DNA of 64,000 bases. Source: a phage. Each line of letters starts with the position of its first letter. Within the stretch, counting starts at the first letter, position 1. The position numbers were made by a program, and so were the translations under genes. The notes below the pieces were generated by a model that searched no databases, was not told the origin of the DNA, and was given only the letters and a program-made list of their open reading frames with translations. The stretch is from NCBI GenBank assembly GCA_011911785.1, contig GCA_011911785.1_4084.1; one strand, written 5' to 3'. This document shows, piece after piece, positions 7,119 through 18,511 of this stretch.

Positions 7119-9782
7119 ATGGCAGGAGAACTCCTATCGCCTGGCGTTTCCATTTCAGTTACTGATGAAAGTATGAGCACTGCTTCCGCACCTGGAACAG
7201 TACCACTATTCATCATTGCTACCGCAGAAGATAAATTAGTACCAGGTAGCAACACAATCGCTGCTGGAACCACAAAAGCAAATGCTGGTAAGTTGCAACT
7301 TCTAACTTCTCAGAAAAGTTCACTAGACACTTACGGCACACCGATTTTTCAATCAAGTAATGGTTCAGTTGTTCAAGGTGACGAACTAAACGAATACGGC
7401 CTACATGCTGCTTATTCTTACCTTGGTATTACTAACCGTGCTTATGTTGTACGTGCAGATATCGACTTAGCACAACTATCACCTTCTGCTACTGCTCCAA
7501 CTGGTCCAGTACCAAACGGTACATTGTGGCTAGATGTTGCTCAATCACAAGTTGAAGCATATGTTTCTAAAGTGGATTCACCAACCAGTTTCTATGACTG
7601 GCAACTAAAACCAGTAACTATTGTTAGTGCTGAAGAAGTTAGTGATGTTAGCCTAGTTGGTATTAACGTTGACGATCTAGTACTACGTTATAAGCCAAGC
7701 AATGGTCAAATGCTAATGTACAAACGTGCAGCATCTGGTCTAGTTCAAGTTGAAACTTACCTTTCACCAATCAACAAAGTACCAGTAGGTAATACAGTTG
7801 AGAAAGGTAATATCTGGATTCGTGATGGTTACACTCAAAATGGTGCTAATTACTTCGGTACTCGTTTTGTTATTAAACGTTATGCATCCCTAACTCAAGT
7901 TTGGAATCAAGTACAAGCATTCACTGGTAACAGTTTCCAAGAAATTGAATCCAAAAGTGGTGTTCTAAATAACAGCTTCATCGCTACTCGTTTTGACTGG
8001 GATAGTAAGAGTTTCTCTTTCTATATTCAAAGTGCAAAATTACCAGCACTAAGTGCTCCAGCGATTCCAGTTGGTGAAACTGTAGTTGTTCAAGCAGACC
8101 AAGATTCTTACTTGACTTTCTCTTATTTGACCAAAACTGTTAAAGTACTAGCAGTTGCACTAGGTGGTGTTATTAACACTCAAACTATTCTTGACAATCT
8201 AAATGCTTCATCTGAACTAATCAATGATGGCTTTAAATTTAAAAGAGAAAGTAATGGTGGCCTAGTAATTAATAGTTCTAAAGGTTATAGTTTCAAAACT
8301 GCACAAAGTGGTAGTGTACTATTTGATGAAGATGAATTTGCAAAACTAACTGTTGATAGTAATAACTATGCTTTGATTAACGTTAACAATTTCCGTGTTG
8401 ATAGTAACGTTCCACGTAGTATCGCTAAAGAAGGTACTCTATGGTATGATTTCAGTAATTCTGATAATCTAAATGTTACCATGTATCTAGCTGATGTTGC
8501 TAATGACAAATGGGTTGAAGTTGACGAAGCTAACAAATATGTGCAAGTTGACGAACCTGCTGCTGACCGTACAATCTGGGTTTCTCCTAAATCACAAGGT
8601 ATTGATGGCTACGATTTCTATCGTAATGTTAATGGTGAGTGGGTTAAACTTGACAGTACTGACCAAAGTACACTAAACGGTATGATCTTCAAGGACTTTA
8701 ACTTCCCTGAACAAGTTCCTGCGGCTGCTCTATACCAAAACGGTATGCTCGCAATCGACCTTGGAAATACTGAAGGTGTGGTTAAGAAAATGATCGATGG
8801 ATTTTGGCATGTTGTCAGTGGTGTTGGTCTTGATGGGAATGGCTTGTTTGGTCGTGCTGCTCAACGCCAATTGGTAGTAGAAGCACTAAATGCAGTTATC
8901 GTTGGAAACGATGATATCCGTTCTGAATTCATTGACTTTAACCTAATTTCTGTTCCTGGTTATGTTGAATGTTTAGATGAGTGTGTGACCCTAAACACCG
9001 ACCGTAAAGAAACTGCTTTCATCGTAACTGATGTTCCAGCACGTTTGAACCCAACTGGTAACGGTAATGCTGTTCAACAATGGGCAACTAACGCAAATAA
9101 CGCACCAAGTAATGGTGATGTTGGTCGTACTACTGCATATGATTATGCTGCTCAATATATGGGCTGGTGCTTAAGTACTAACGTTGATGGTGAAGAAGTT
9201 GCAGTTCCTGGCAGTACTATTGCAATGCGTACCTATGCATACAGCGACAGCGTAAGTTATGTATGGTATCCACCTGCTGGTACTACTCGTGGTGTTGTAA
9301 CAAACGCTGCATCTGTAGGCTTCATCAATGATGAAGGTGAATATCAGCCAGTGGTTTATAACCAAGGTCAACGTGATGTAATGTACACCAACAACATTAA
9401 CCCAATTGCAATGCGTCCAAATCGTGGTTTGCTAGTATATGGTGATAAAACACTATCTCCTAACCAAACTTCCGCATTAAGCCGTGTTAACGTTGCACGT
9501 TTAGTTGTTTATATTCGTCGTCAACTAGAAATTATTTCTGAACCATTCCTATTCCGTTTGAATACTCCAAGTACTCGTCAGGAATTCAGTGGTGTAGTTA
9601 ATAGCTTCCTAGCTGAAATCGTTCAACAACAAGGTCTATATAACTTCGCAGTTGTTTGTGATGAAAGTAACAACACCTCCGAGCGTATTGACCGTAACGA
9701 ACTTTGGATGGATATCGCAATCCAACCTACTAAGTCTATCAACTTCATTTACGTACCGATTCGTATTGAAAAGACTCAATAA
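7119..9782 (+). CDS. Tail sheath protein (gp18-like)
   Basis: N-terminal LLSPGV and C-terminal VVCDESNNTSERIDRNE...IQPTKSINFIYVP match conserved T4 gp18 termini; strong GGAGGA SD. Confidence 0.9.
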   Translation: MAGELLSPGVSISVTDESMSTASAPGTVPLFIIATAEDKLVPGSNTIAAGTTKANAGKLQLLTSQKSSLDTYGTPIFQSSNGSVVQGDELNEYGLHAAYSYLGITNRAYVVRADIDLAQLSPSATAPTGPVPNGTLWLDVAQSQVEAYVSKVDSPTSFYDWQLKPVTIVSAEEVSDVSLVGINVDDLVLRYKPSNGQMLMYKRAASGLVQVETYLSPINKVPVGNTVEKGNIWIRDGYTQNGANYFGTRFVIKRYASLTQVWNQVQAFTGNSFQEIESKSGVLNNSFIATRFDWDSKSFSFYIQSAKLPALSAPAIPVGETVVVQADQDSYLTFSYLTKTVKVLAVALGGVINTQTILDNLNASSELINDGFKFKRESNGGLVINSSKGYSFKTAQSGSVLFDEDEFAKLTVDSNNYALINVNNFRVDSNVPRSIAKEGTLWYDFSNSDNLNVTMYLADVANDKWVEVDEANKYVQVDEPAADRTIWVSPKSQGIDGYDFYRNVNGEWVKLDSTDQSTLNGMIFKDFNFPEQVPAAALYQNGMLAIDLGNTEGVVKKMIDGFWHVVSGVGLDGNGLFGRAAQRQLVVEALNAVIVGNDDIRSEFIDFNLISVPGYVECLDECVTLNTDRKETAFIVTDVPARLNPTGNGNAVQQWATNANNAPSNGDVGRTTAYDYAAQYMGWCLSTNVDGEEVAVPGSTIAMRTYAYSDSVSYVWYPPAGTTRGVVTNAASVGFINDEGEYQPVVYNQGQRDVMYTNNINPIAMRPNRGLLVYGDKTLSPNQTSALSRVNVARLVVYIRRQLEIISEPFLFRLNTPSTRQEFSGVVNSFLAEIVQQQGLYNFAVVCDESNNTSERIDRNELWMDIAIQPTKSINFIYVPIRIEKTQ

Positions 9783-9790
9783 CACACTAA

Positions 9791-9816
9791 GGGAACCATA
9801 TGGTTCCCTTTTTTAT
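9791..9816 (+). terminator. Rho-independent terminator
   Basis: Perfect hairpin gggaacca-ta-tggttccc followed by T-run. Confidence 0.75.
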
Positions 9817-9860
9817 TGTTTAAATTAAATACCATATATTCAGTAAGGTGAGAGGGATAT

Positions 9861-10031
9861 ATGGACGAAATAATTAAAAGTATCCTACAAGAATTGGCCT
9901 TTAATTCAGAATCACAAGAAGAAGCCCAAAATCTTATAGAAGCCTTAATGGAAGTATTAAAAGATGTGGGTATTGTGAGTGATTTTTCTGCTTATACAAA
10001 TGGCAGATGGTCAGTTCGGTGTAAGGTTTAA
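9861..10031 (+). CDS. Small acidic ORF (56 aa), hypothetical
   Basis: ATG at 9861 after GGTGAGAGGGA; below ORF-track length threshold. Confidence 0.3.
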   Translation: MDEIIKSILQELAFNSESQEEAQNLIEALMEVLKDVGIVSDFSAYTNGRWSVRCKV

Positions 10032-10132
10032 GCTATATACTGGTGAATTCCAGTACACATATTGTATTAATATGGATTGGTTCCCTATAGATAAAACATA
10101 TCATTAAGTACTACATAAAGTATGTTAATTTT

Positions 10133-10140
10133 TATAAATA
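10133..10140 (+). promoter_or_regulatory. Candidate T4-type late promoter box TATAAATA
   Basis: Only exact TATAAATA I found upstream of a structural gene, ~38 bp before tube gene ATG 10178. Confidence 0.3.
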
Positions 10141-10177
10141 ATATAAAGATCTCATTTCCTAATAGGAGAATTAATTA

Positions 10178-10861
10178 ATGGCTACTATGCTAGATCGATA
10201 TGGCGTTCCGCTTGCTGGTGGTGGTCGTATTTCAATGAAACAACCAAAAGCAAAATATAAATTCCGTGTAATTTTCTTTGGTTTTGGTGCCAATGATGAT
10301 GGCAACATGATTACACTAGATACAAACACTGTTGGTGCAGTATCTGTATCGCATGAAAACGTAACTGTTCATAGTTATAACAGTTCCGCACACTATAAAG
10401 GCAAATATACTTGGGATGCGATTGAAGTTGCTTTCCGTGATTCAGTTGGTAATGCTTCAGCAAAAGCACTTTACAACCAAATGCGTAAAGAATTCAACTA
10501 CTATAGTCAAGAATCTCGTATGACTGATTCCCAGTTTAAATTTGAAATGTGGATTCAAGAACTAGATGGTTCTAACAGCGAAAATGCAACAAACCTTTTT
10601 GAAGGTACTCTAAGTACTTGGGTTTGTCAGGGTTGCTTTATTGAATCCAGCAACTTTGGTGATTGGGATTATTCTTCAAGCGAAGCACAAGTTATTACTA
10701 TGACTGTTCAACCAGATGGTTGTGCTAAGTTGGGTCCAAACGGTGAAGCATTCGGTGATGAAGTTACTGGTTTCGGTAATCCAAGTACTGCATCTTCTAT
10801 TAGTGGTGCACAAACCAACATTAGTAGTACTACACTACCTGATACAAACTTCTTTGATTAA
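10178..10861 (+). CDS. Tail tube protein (gp19-like), paralog A
   Basis: N-terminus YGVPLAGGGRISMKQPKAKYKFRVIFFGFG and core YTWDAIEVAFRDSVGNASAKAL; position immediately after sheath. Confidence 0.6.
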   Translation: MATMLDRYGVPLAGGGRISMKQPKAKYKFRVIFFGFGANDDGNMITLDTNTVGAVSVSHENVTVHSYNSSAHYKGKYTWDAIEVAFRDSVGNASAKALYNQMRKEFNYYSQESRMTDSQFKFEMWIQELDGSNSENATNLFEGTLSTWVCQGCFIESSNFGDWDYSSSEAQVITMTVQPDGCAKLGPNGEAFGDEVTGFGNPSTASSISGAQTNISSTTLPDTNFFD

Positions 10862-10877
10862 TTAAAGATACTTCTAA

Positions 10878-10907
10878 AGCCTCGAAACTATTTCGGGGCT
10901 TTTTTTA
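10878..10907 (+). terminator. Rho-independent terminator between the tube paralogs
   Basis: Hairpin agcctcgaaa/tttcggggct followed by T6. Confidence 0.6.
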
Positions 10908-10948
10908 TGCTAAATAAAGTATAATACCTTAAATTAAAAGAGGTTGCT

Positions 10949-11725
10949 ATGGCAAAAAACATGATTAGTAAATATGGCGTTCCATTACCATCAGGAAGAA
11001 ATAAAACAATGCTACAACCTAAAGCGAAGTATAAATTTAGAGTTATTGTTTATAATTTCGGTACTGATATCGATGAGCGTGATCACATCGCATTAGATGT
11101 TGATAAAGTTGATAGACCAACAGTAACATTCAGCACTCATAAATTGAACCATTTTACTACCAATACTACATATATTGGTAATCATAACTGGGAACCCATC
11201 ACACTAACAATTCGTGATTCAATTGGCAATGAAAGTGCTAAAGCATTGTCTAGACAGTTACAAAAACAATTAGATTTTCAAAGACGTATTACCTCCAGAA
11301 GTGAACAAGACTATGGTTCGTATAAATTTGGTATGGTTATTCAAATGCTAAATGGACGTAACACAGATGATAGTATTGAAGATTTGGCAAGAAATACTGC
11401 TGTTTCTGCTGCTACCGCTGTGACAAATAATGGTGGGTTAGTTAATGCAGTAGATCAGTTCATTGGTGGCTCAAACTATAACAGTGCTGGTGTAATGGAA
11501 TACTTTGTTCTTACAGGGTGTATCATCACCAATATCAGTTACGATACATTGGAATATAGCTCTAGTGCACCAGTAACTATGGATATTACAATTAAGCCTG
11601 ATAATTGTATTCAATTTGATAATATTGAAGAAATGTATAGTACTCGCATTAATTCATTACTACCAGAAAAAGTTAATCAGGGACTAGATATCATTGACCG
11701 TGTATTCGGTAATATAGGTTTTTAA
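10949..11725 (+). CDS. Tail tube protein paralog B
   Basis: N-terminus YGVPLPSGRNKTMLQPKAKYKFRVIVYNFG and NWEPITLTIRDSIGNESAKAL parallel paralog A. Confidence 0.6.
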   Translation: MAKNMISKYGVPLPSGRNKTMLQPKAKYKFRVIVYNFGTDIDERDHIALDVDKVDRPTVTFSTHKLNHFTTNTTYIGNHNWEPITLTIRDSIGNESAKALSRQLQKQLDFQRRITSRSEQDYGSYKFGMVIQMLNGRNTDDSIEDLARNTAVSAATAVTNNGGLVNAVDQFIGGSNYNSAGVMEYFVLTGCIITNISYDTLEYSSSAPVTMDITIKPDNCIQFDNIEEMYSTRINSLLPEKVNQGLDIIDRVFGNIGF

Positions 11726-11735
11726 GGAGAGTACT

Positions 11736-13849
<2,114 letters not shown>

Positions 13850-13877
13850 CTTAAACGACCATTAATGGAGTTATTAA

Positions 13878-14408
13878 ATGAACAAACTACAACAAATTCT
13901 AACAGAAAATAAACCTGTATATGAATATCGTGTCAAATTTGCATTTGAACCTAGTACTGAACAATTGAGTAAAGTTACCCAACGTCTAGTAGATCGCTAT
14001 GATGCTTTCGAAGTTGGTGCTCTGAAGAAAACTATTTTCATGGAAAAACCACTAGACTTTTATGAACTAGATTGTGGTGAAATCTGGATGTTTGATTTCA
14101 AATGCAATCGTGGTGTACAGTCTAATGTACTAATGTATGAAATTGGAAACCTTCTATCTGTTACTGAAGCACTTATTCGTGTTCGCGGTAAAGATGAACC
14201 ACGTCAGATTGAAATGTCCATCAGTGAAGATGACGTTGATTTTGACGAAATTCGTGTTATCGGGAAAGATTTCGGTGATGCAGTAGATAGTACTGGTATT
14301 TCTGGTCAAGAACGTGCTGATAAAGCAGTTGAAGACGCAAAAGAAGAGATTAAACGTGATAATAAATACTCTCAATATATGAGTGCTGGTTTTGGTAAAA
14401 AGGAATAA
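13878..14408 (+). CDS. Hypothetical protein (176 aa)
   Basis: ORF track. Confidence 0.5.
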   Translation: MNKLQQILTENKPVYEYRVKFAFEPSTEQLSKVTQRLVDRYDAFEVGALKKTIFMEKPLDFYELDCGEIWMFDFKCNRGVQSNVLMYEIGNLLSVTEALIRVRGKDEPRQIEMSISEDDVDFDEIRVIGKDFGDAVDSTGISGQERADKAVEDAKEEIKRDNKYSQYMSAGFGKKE

Positions 14409-14411
14409 ACG

Positions 14412-14960
14412 ATGAGTATACTTAATGAAATGTTTGAGTATGAGGACAATGAACTGAATGAAGCTCGTCCTTATAGTCGTTCTCAAAGTGCTATTGATAG
14501 TGCTAAAGGGAAAGTAAAAGGTATGTTCGGTAGTGGGCAGATTGAGCAAGGTGCACAGGAAGTTGGTGCAGAAGCTAACCGCCTATGGGCTGAATTTAAA
14601 CGATATATTGGTAAAAAATATGGCAAAGCACAAAGCTCTGTTCCATATGCTGATGTTGCACAATTCTTCAAAGGTAATCAATTGGATGTGAAATTCCTCG
14701 GTAATAATCAACGCCGTTCTTTTACACCAAAAGATGTTGGTAACGCTCTATTACAGGCTGCTCGTGAATACATGAACACATATCGTGATCAAGAAGAGCC
14801 AGCACCAGCTAAACCACAAAGTGAACCAGCAGCACCACAAGCTTCAAATGAACCACCACAACCAGCGGCGAATCCATCTACCCAATCACAAGGTATTGCT
14901 GGTATTCTACAAGGTCTAAGTCCTGCTGAACGTGAGCAACTACTTCGAATGATTTCGTAA
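14412..14960 (+). CDS. Hypothetical protein with Pro/Ala/Gln-rich C-terminus
   Basis: ORF track. Confidence 0.5.
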   Translation: MSILNEMFEYEDNELNEARPYSRSQSAIDSAKGKVKGMFGSGQIEQGAQEVGAEANRLWAEFKRYIGKKYGKAQSSVPYADVAQFFKGNQLDVKFLGNNQRRSFTPKDVGNALLQAAREYMNTYRDQEEPAPAKPQSEPAAPQASNEPPQPAANPSTQSQGIAGILQGLSPAEREQLLRMIS

Positions 14961-14972
14961 GGGGATAATACA

Positions 14973-16445
14973 ATGCTTAAATTATTCAGTACTGAAAGTA
15001 CGGTAGTTCCTAATGGGTATATCTATACTTCCCATACTGGAGCAAAATATGTCTTCTTAGAAGGTATGTGGTTCAATGATAGTAATATGATGATGGTTGA
15101 TCCACAAAAATATCCAAATATGTATGCTTGTGCTCGACAACAAATTGTTGAGCACAACAATAAATCAAACACTGCATTTAAAATTGGCGAAAACTATCTT
15201 CACAATGGAAAAGAGTGTACGTTCATCGGTGAAAGCCGCTTCCATAGTGATGACGGTACTATTCTTTCTGAAAGTGAAGTTATTACAGAACTAATGGGTG
15301 ATGAACAACGTGTATATCAAGTTTCCAAAGAAACTCTACAAAAAGAGTGGAGTACTTTGAAATTTTATATTCTACCCCCACATGCACAAGATATTTCTAT
15401 CCCAGCAGGTATGGTAGTTCAAGGATATAAGTTTATTCCTAACAGTCATCGCTTTGTTGAACTAAAAAGCGGTCGCCCTGTAAGCCCAGAAATGACACGT
15501 AAGCTAAGTGAAGAAGGTCTTCGCATTGCTCGCCAATTATCTACAAACAATAAGCTAATCCCATTGAAATCTGTATTGATTCAAGGTAATGTTCGTTCTG
15601 AATGGAACGGTAAAGAATTTTGCGATAATGACGGTAATGTGGTAGTATCTGAACAAGGCTCGAAAGCTATTTTCCAAGCATATTCACAGTTCGTTAAGGC
15701 AAATCCTGAAGATTTTCCTTCTTTAACTGGTGCTAGTACTGGTGAAGAACAACGTTTTGGTTCTGTACCGAAGCCAGAAAAAGTTACCGAAGCTGAAGAT
15801 GAACCAGCAGTTGGTGTACCAGATGGATACCGTTTTACTTCTGGTAAAAACAAAACTTATGCTAAACAACGTGGTGCTTGGTTTGATGTTGAAACTAAAA
15901 AACAACTAAATTCAGGTGCTGCACAAAGTATTGAGCGTGCTGCACAACAAGCTATTCTTAAACATAACGAATCCGGTGCAATGAAAATCGGAACAAAAGT
16001 TACTTCTAAGAAAGGCAAAGAATATGTATACGTTGGTGGTGATCGATTCATTGGTCCAGATGGTAAAATGATTCCAAAAAGTGCTGCACAAGCTATTCTG
16101 GATCGTTTTGAATCTTCTAAATCAGAGAATGAACCTAAACCAAATGACGCACCACAAGAAGAACCAAAAGCACAAGAAGAACCTAAACCTGAAGCACAGG
16201 CTGAACCGAAAGAAGAACCAAAGGAAGAGCCTAAACCAGAACCGACCCCTGAACCAGAAGTTGAGCAAGGGAATGGTATGGAAGCACTTGCATCACAAAT
16301 TAAATCTTCTCCTTATGCGAAAAAGATTACAGTACTGCTAACCCGTGGTGATAAGGTTTCTTTACTAGCCGCTGACATTCTATTAGCTGGTAATAAAGAT
16401 GAAGTAGTGCAGATTTTAAAATCATTAAATAATAATGATGAATAA
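14973..16445 (+). CDS. Hypothetical protein with internal ~35-aa repeats and a PE/PK-rich linker
   Basis: Repeated pattern G-x-K-E/Y...RF...DG in four places; linker EPKPNDAPQEEPKAQEEPKPEAQAEPKEEPKEEPKPEPTPEPE. Confidence 0.55.
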   Translation: MLKLFSTESTVVPNGYIYTSHTGAKYVFLEGMWFNDSNMMMVDPQKYPNMYACARQQIVEHNNKSNTAFKIGENYLHNGKECTFIGESRFHSDDGTILSESEVITELMGDEQRVYQVSKETLQKEWSTLKFYILPPHAQDISIPAGMVVQGYKFIPNSHRFVELKSGRPVSPEMTRKLSEEGLRIARQLSTNNKLIPLKSVLIQGNVRSEWNGKEFCDNDGNVVVSEQGSKAIFQAYSQFVKANPEDFPSLTGASTGEEQRFGSVPKPEKVTEAEDEPAVGVPDGYRFTSGKNKTYAKQRGAWFDVETKKQLNSGAAQSIERAAQQAILKHNESGAMKIGTKVTSKKGKEYVYVGGDRFIGPDGKMIPKSAAQAILDRFESSKSENEPKPNDAPQEEPKAQEEPKPEAQAEPKEEPKEEPKPEPTPEPEVEQGNGMEALASQIKSSPYAKKITVLLTRGDKVSLLAADILLAGNKDEVVQILKSLNNNDE

Positions 16446-16458
16446 CTAAAAGGATTTA

Positions 16459-17409
16459 TTGAAAATGGCAAAAAAAATTAATGAAGCACAGGTTAAAATT
16501 GATATTGCTGGTCTAGAATCTGATGATCTAGAAGCACTATCCCGTATGCTTGCACTAGCTGGTCAAGCTGAAAAGCAATCATCCGTAGCACCTACTGTTT
16601 CTCCAATCGCTCCACTTGACTTCGGTTCTTTTGGTGGTTCAGCGGAAGAACCAGAAGTTGTTGCTCCAGAAATGGGTGCTGATGTAGCACCTGTTCCAGA
16701 AATTGGTGAAGAAGACCCACTAGCACAAGCTGTTGATGATCTATCTGGTTCAGTAACTGATTTCGGTGCTGATGCAGAAGGTGAAGCTGACATTCCAGTT
16801 ATCGATGTTGAAGCTCCTGGTGAAGAAGATGAACTTTCTCTTGACATGAGTGGTCAACCTAAGCTAGAATCTACTCTATCAGATGAAGACGATGAAGTTA
16901 TTGAAGAAGAATTCGATTTCGGTCGTATGATGTCTCTAGCTGGTCTTCCTGTTACTGAAGCAGTAGATGAAGATGAAGAAGAAATTGAAGAAGAAGTTAC
17001 TGAATCTCAAATCCTTCCTGACCTAAGTCTAGAAGAAGAGAGTCCAGCACTTGACACAACTGATTTTGGTCCTTTCCGTTCTGAATACGATGCTGTTCAA
17101 GATGGTCAAGCTAAAACCAATGGTGTTGAAGGTGATAACTTCATCGTAGTTCCTAAAGGAAACCAATTCTACTGGAGACGTGTTGTTCAAGAAGAACTTG
17201 ACAATGTTCCAAATCCAGAAGAATATGATAATGAAGGTAATGTACATCGTGTACATGAATTCAAGCCAAAAGCACCTGGTACTGCTCTAGGTGATAACCC
17301 ACTTAATGTTTACGAAGCTGAAGAAGAAGAGTCTGAAGAAGACGAATCTGTAGAAGACATTTTTGAAAGTCTCCAAAGTAAGTACAATAAGTTTCTAGGA
17401 GATAAGTAA
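16459..17409 (+). CDS. Highly acidic protein (316 aa)
   Basis: Very high Asp/Glu content with runs such as EEEESEEDESVED. Confidence 0.55.
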   Translation: MKMAKKINEAQVKIDIAGLESDDLEALSRMLALAGQAEKQSSVAPTVSPIAPLDFGSFGGSAEEPEVVAPEMGADVAPVPEIGEEDPLAQAVDDLSGSVTDFGADAEGEADIPVIDVEAPGEEDELSLDMSGQPKLESTLSDEDDEVIEEEFDFGRMMSLAGLPVTEAVDEDEEEIEEEVTESQILPDLSLEEESPALDTTDFGPFRSEYDAVQDGQAKTNGVEGDNFIVVPKGNQFYWRRVVQEELDNVPNPEEYDNEGNVHRVHEFKPKAPGTALGDNPLNVYEAEEEESEEDESVEDIFESLQSKYNKFLGDK

Positions 17410-17410
17410 T

Positions 17411-17812
17411 ATGTCATACAACTATCGTGAACTAGTGGAATCACTAGATGCGATTATGGCAGAAGAAGAAGTTCCTCAAGAAGAAAATGGTATCGTTGTC
17501 CAAGAAGATTCGGACAACGTTATCGTTGATTTACTAAAGGAAATCACTACATCTTTAGTTGCTTTAGTTGATAAAGCAAAAGAAGAAGGTTCTGACCATA
17601 AAGAAATCGCAGAAAAACTTAAAAAAGCATGTGACATTTTGGCAGATGTGGAATATAATGATGACTTAGAAGCAAAAGACAGTACTAAAGAAATTGAAGA
17701 AGATTTCGGTACTGAAGATATGGCTCCTAAAGTTGACAGTGAAGGTCATCGTAGCTATAAAGTTAAAGATGCTCCTTCTTATGCTGCCAGACAAGGTTTT
17801 GTGGGGATGTAA
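17411..17812 (+). CDS. Acidic protein (133 aa)
   Basis: ORF track; start coupled to upstream stop. Confidence 0.5.
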   Translation: MSYNYRELVESLDAIMAEEEVPQEENGIVVQEDSDNVIVDLLKEITTSLVALVDKAKEEGSDHKEIAEKLKKACDILADVEYNDDLEAKDSTKEIEEDFGTEDMAPKVDSEGHRSYKVKDAPSYAARQGFVGM

Positions 17813-17814
17813 TT

Positions 17815-18159
17815 ATGATACCACAACCCACTAACAGCACTGAATTTCAAAATGAAGTACTTATAAAAGTTAAAGAAGTACATGAATCGGACGCTGAAAT
17901 CACTGACAGAATGCTTCTGATGTCTATTTTTGAAAACTTCAGAACTGGTGGTGGTTTGAGGCTTAGTAAGTATGGATTTATGATTTGTGAAGAAAATAAT
18001 CTTTATGAATTTACAAAAATCCCCTTGCTAAGAGAGTTCAAAAGCTCTATAATATTTACATCGCTTGATAGAATATGTAGAAGTCCTTATTATGTTGATG
18101 GCTACTACATATATCTCTCCGATGCAATGGTAGTTACTGAATTAACATTGTGTCGGTGA
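17815..18159 (+). CDS. Hypothetical protein (114 aa)
   Basis: ORF track. Confidence 0.5.
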   Translation: MIPQPTNSTEFQNEVLIKVKEVHESDAEITDRMLLMSIFENFRTGGGLRLSKYGFMICEENNLYEFTKIPLLREFKSSIIFTSLDRICRSPYYVDGYYIYLSDAMVVTELTLCR

Positions 18160-18223
18160 TGATTTCAAGCAGTTATTTTCGATGCATATGTAGAACGCTT
18201 CGAAAATAAAAATGAAAAAGATG

Positions 18224-18251
18224 TTGACAGTACAGATTAACGTGATATAAT
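18224..18251 (+). promoter_or_regulatory. Sigma70-like promoter P1 (TTGACA - 16 nt - TGaTATAAT)
   Basis: ttgaca 18224-18229, extended -10 tgatataat ending 18251. Confidence 0.6.
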
Positions 18252-18316
18252 GAACGTCACGAAGCAAGATTTCAAAATCACAAGATGTGAGATTGAAAAA
18301 GAAAGAAAAAAAGTTG

Positions 18317-18344
18317 TTGACAAGCCTGAACGATGTGATATAAT
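18317..18344 (+). promoter_or_regulatory. Sigma70-like promoter P2 (TTGACA - 16 nt - TGaTATAAT)
   Basis: ttgaca 18317-18322, tataat 18339-18344; near duplicate of P1 93 bp downstream. Confidence 0.6.
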
Positions 18345-18511
18345 GACCACATCAAGACGGCAAACAAGATTGACCTTTTTAAACACACGGATGATTCACT
18401 GAAGATAAGGAACTGATAAGTTAAAATACTTTTAACACAGTTCCTTTACTTTTGCCAACGGATTGGTTATAATATAAACCTAGTTTTTTATCCAACAAAA
18501 GGAAAATACAC

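Noticed and set aside
16081-16341. 86-aa + strand ORF rich in K/N/Q/L
   Set aside because: Out-of-frame overlap inside the 490-aa gene over its PE/PK-rich linker; compositional artefact
18242-18262. CRP-like TGTGA ... TCACA half-sites around -10 boxes (also 18334-18355, 42696-42734)
   Set aside because: Spacers are 10-29 bp rather than the 6 bp of a CRP site; kept only as possible operators
18249-18401. 50-codon ORF starting at the ATG of TATAATG in promoter P1 and running through promoter P2
   Set aside because: No ribosome-binding site, spans a second promoter, basic low-complexity translation; more likely non-coding leader
18160-18511. Possible tRNA or other structured RNA gene in the largest ORF-free region (also checked 9783-10177)
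   Set aside because: No T-loop-like GTTCGAAT/GTTCAAAT motif or cloverleaf-compatible pairing seen by eye; tRNAscan would be needed to be sure
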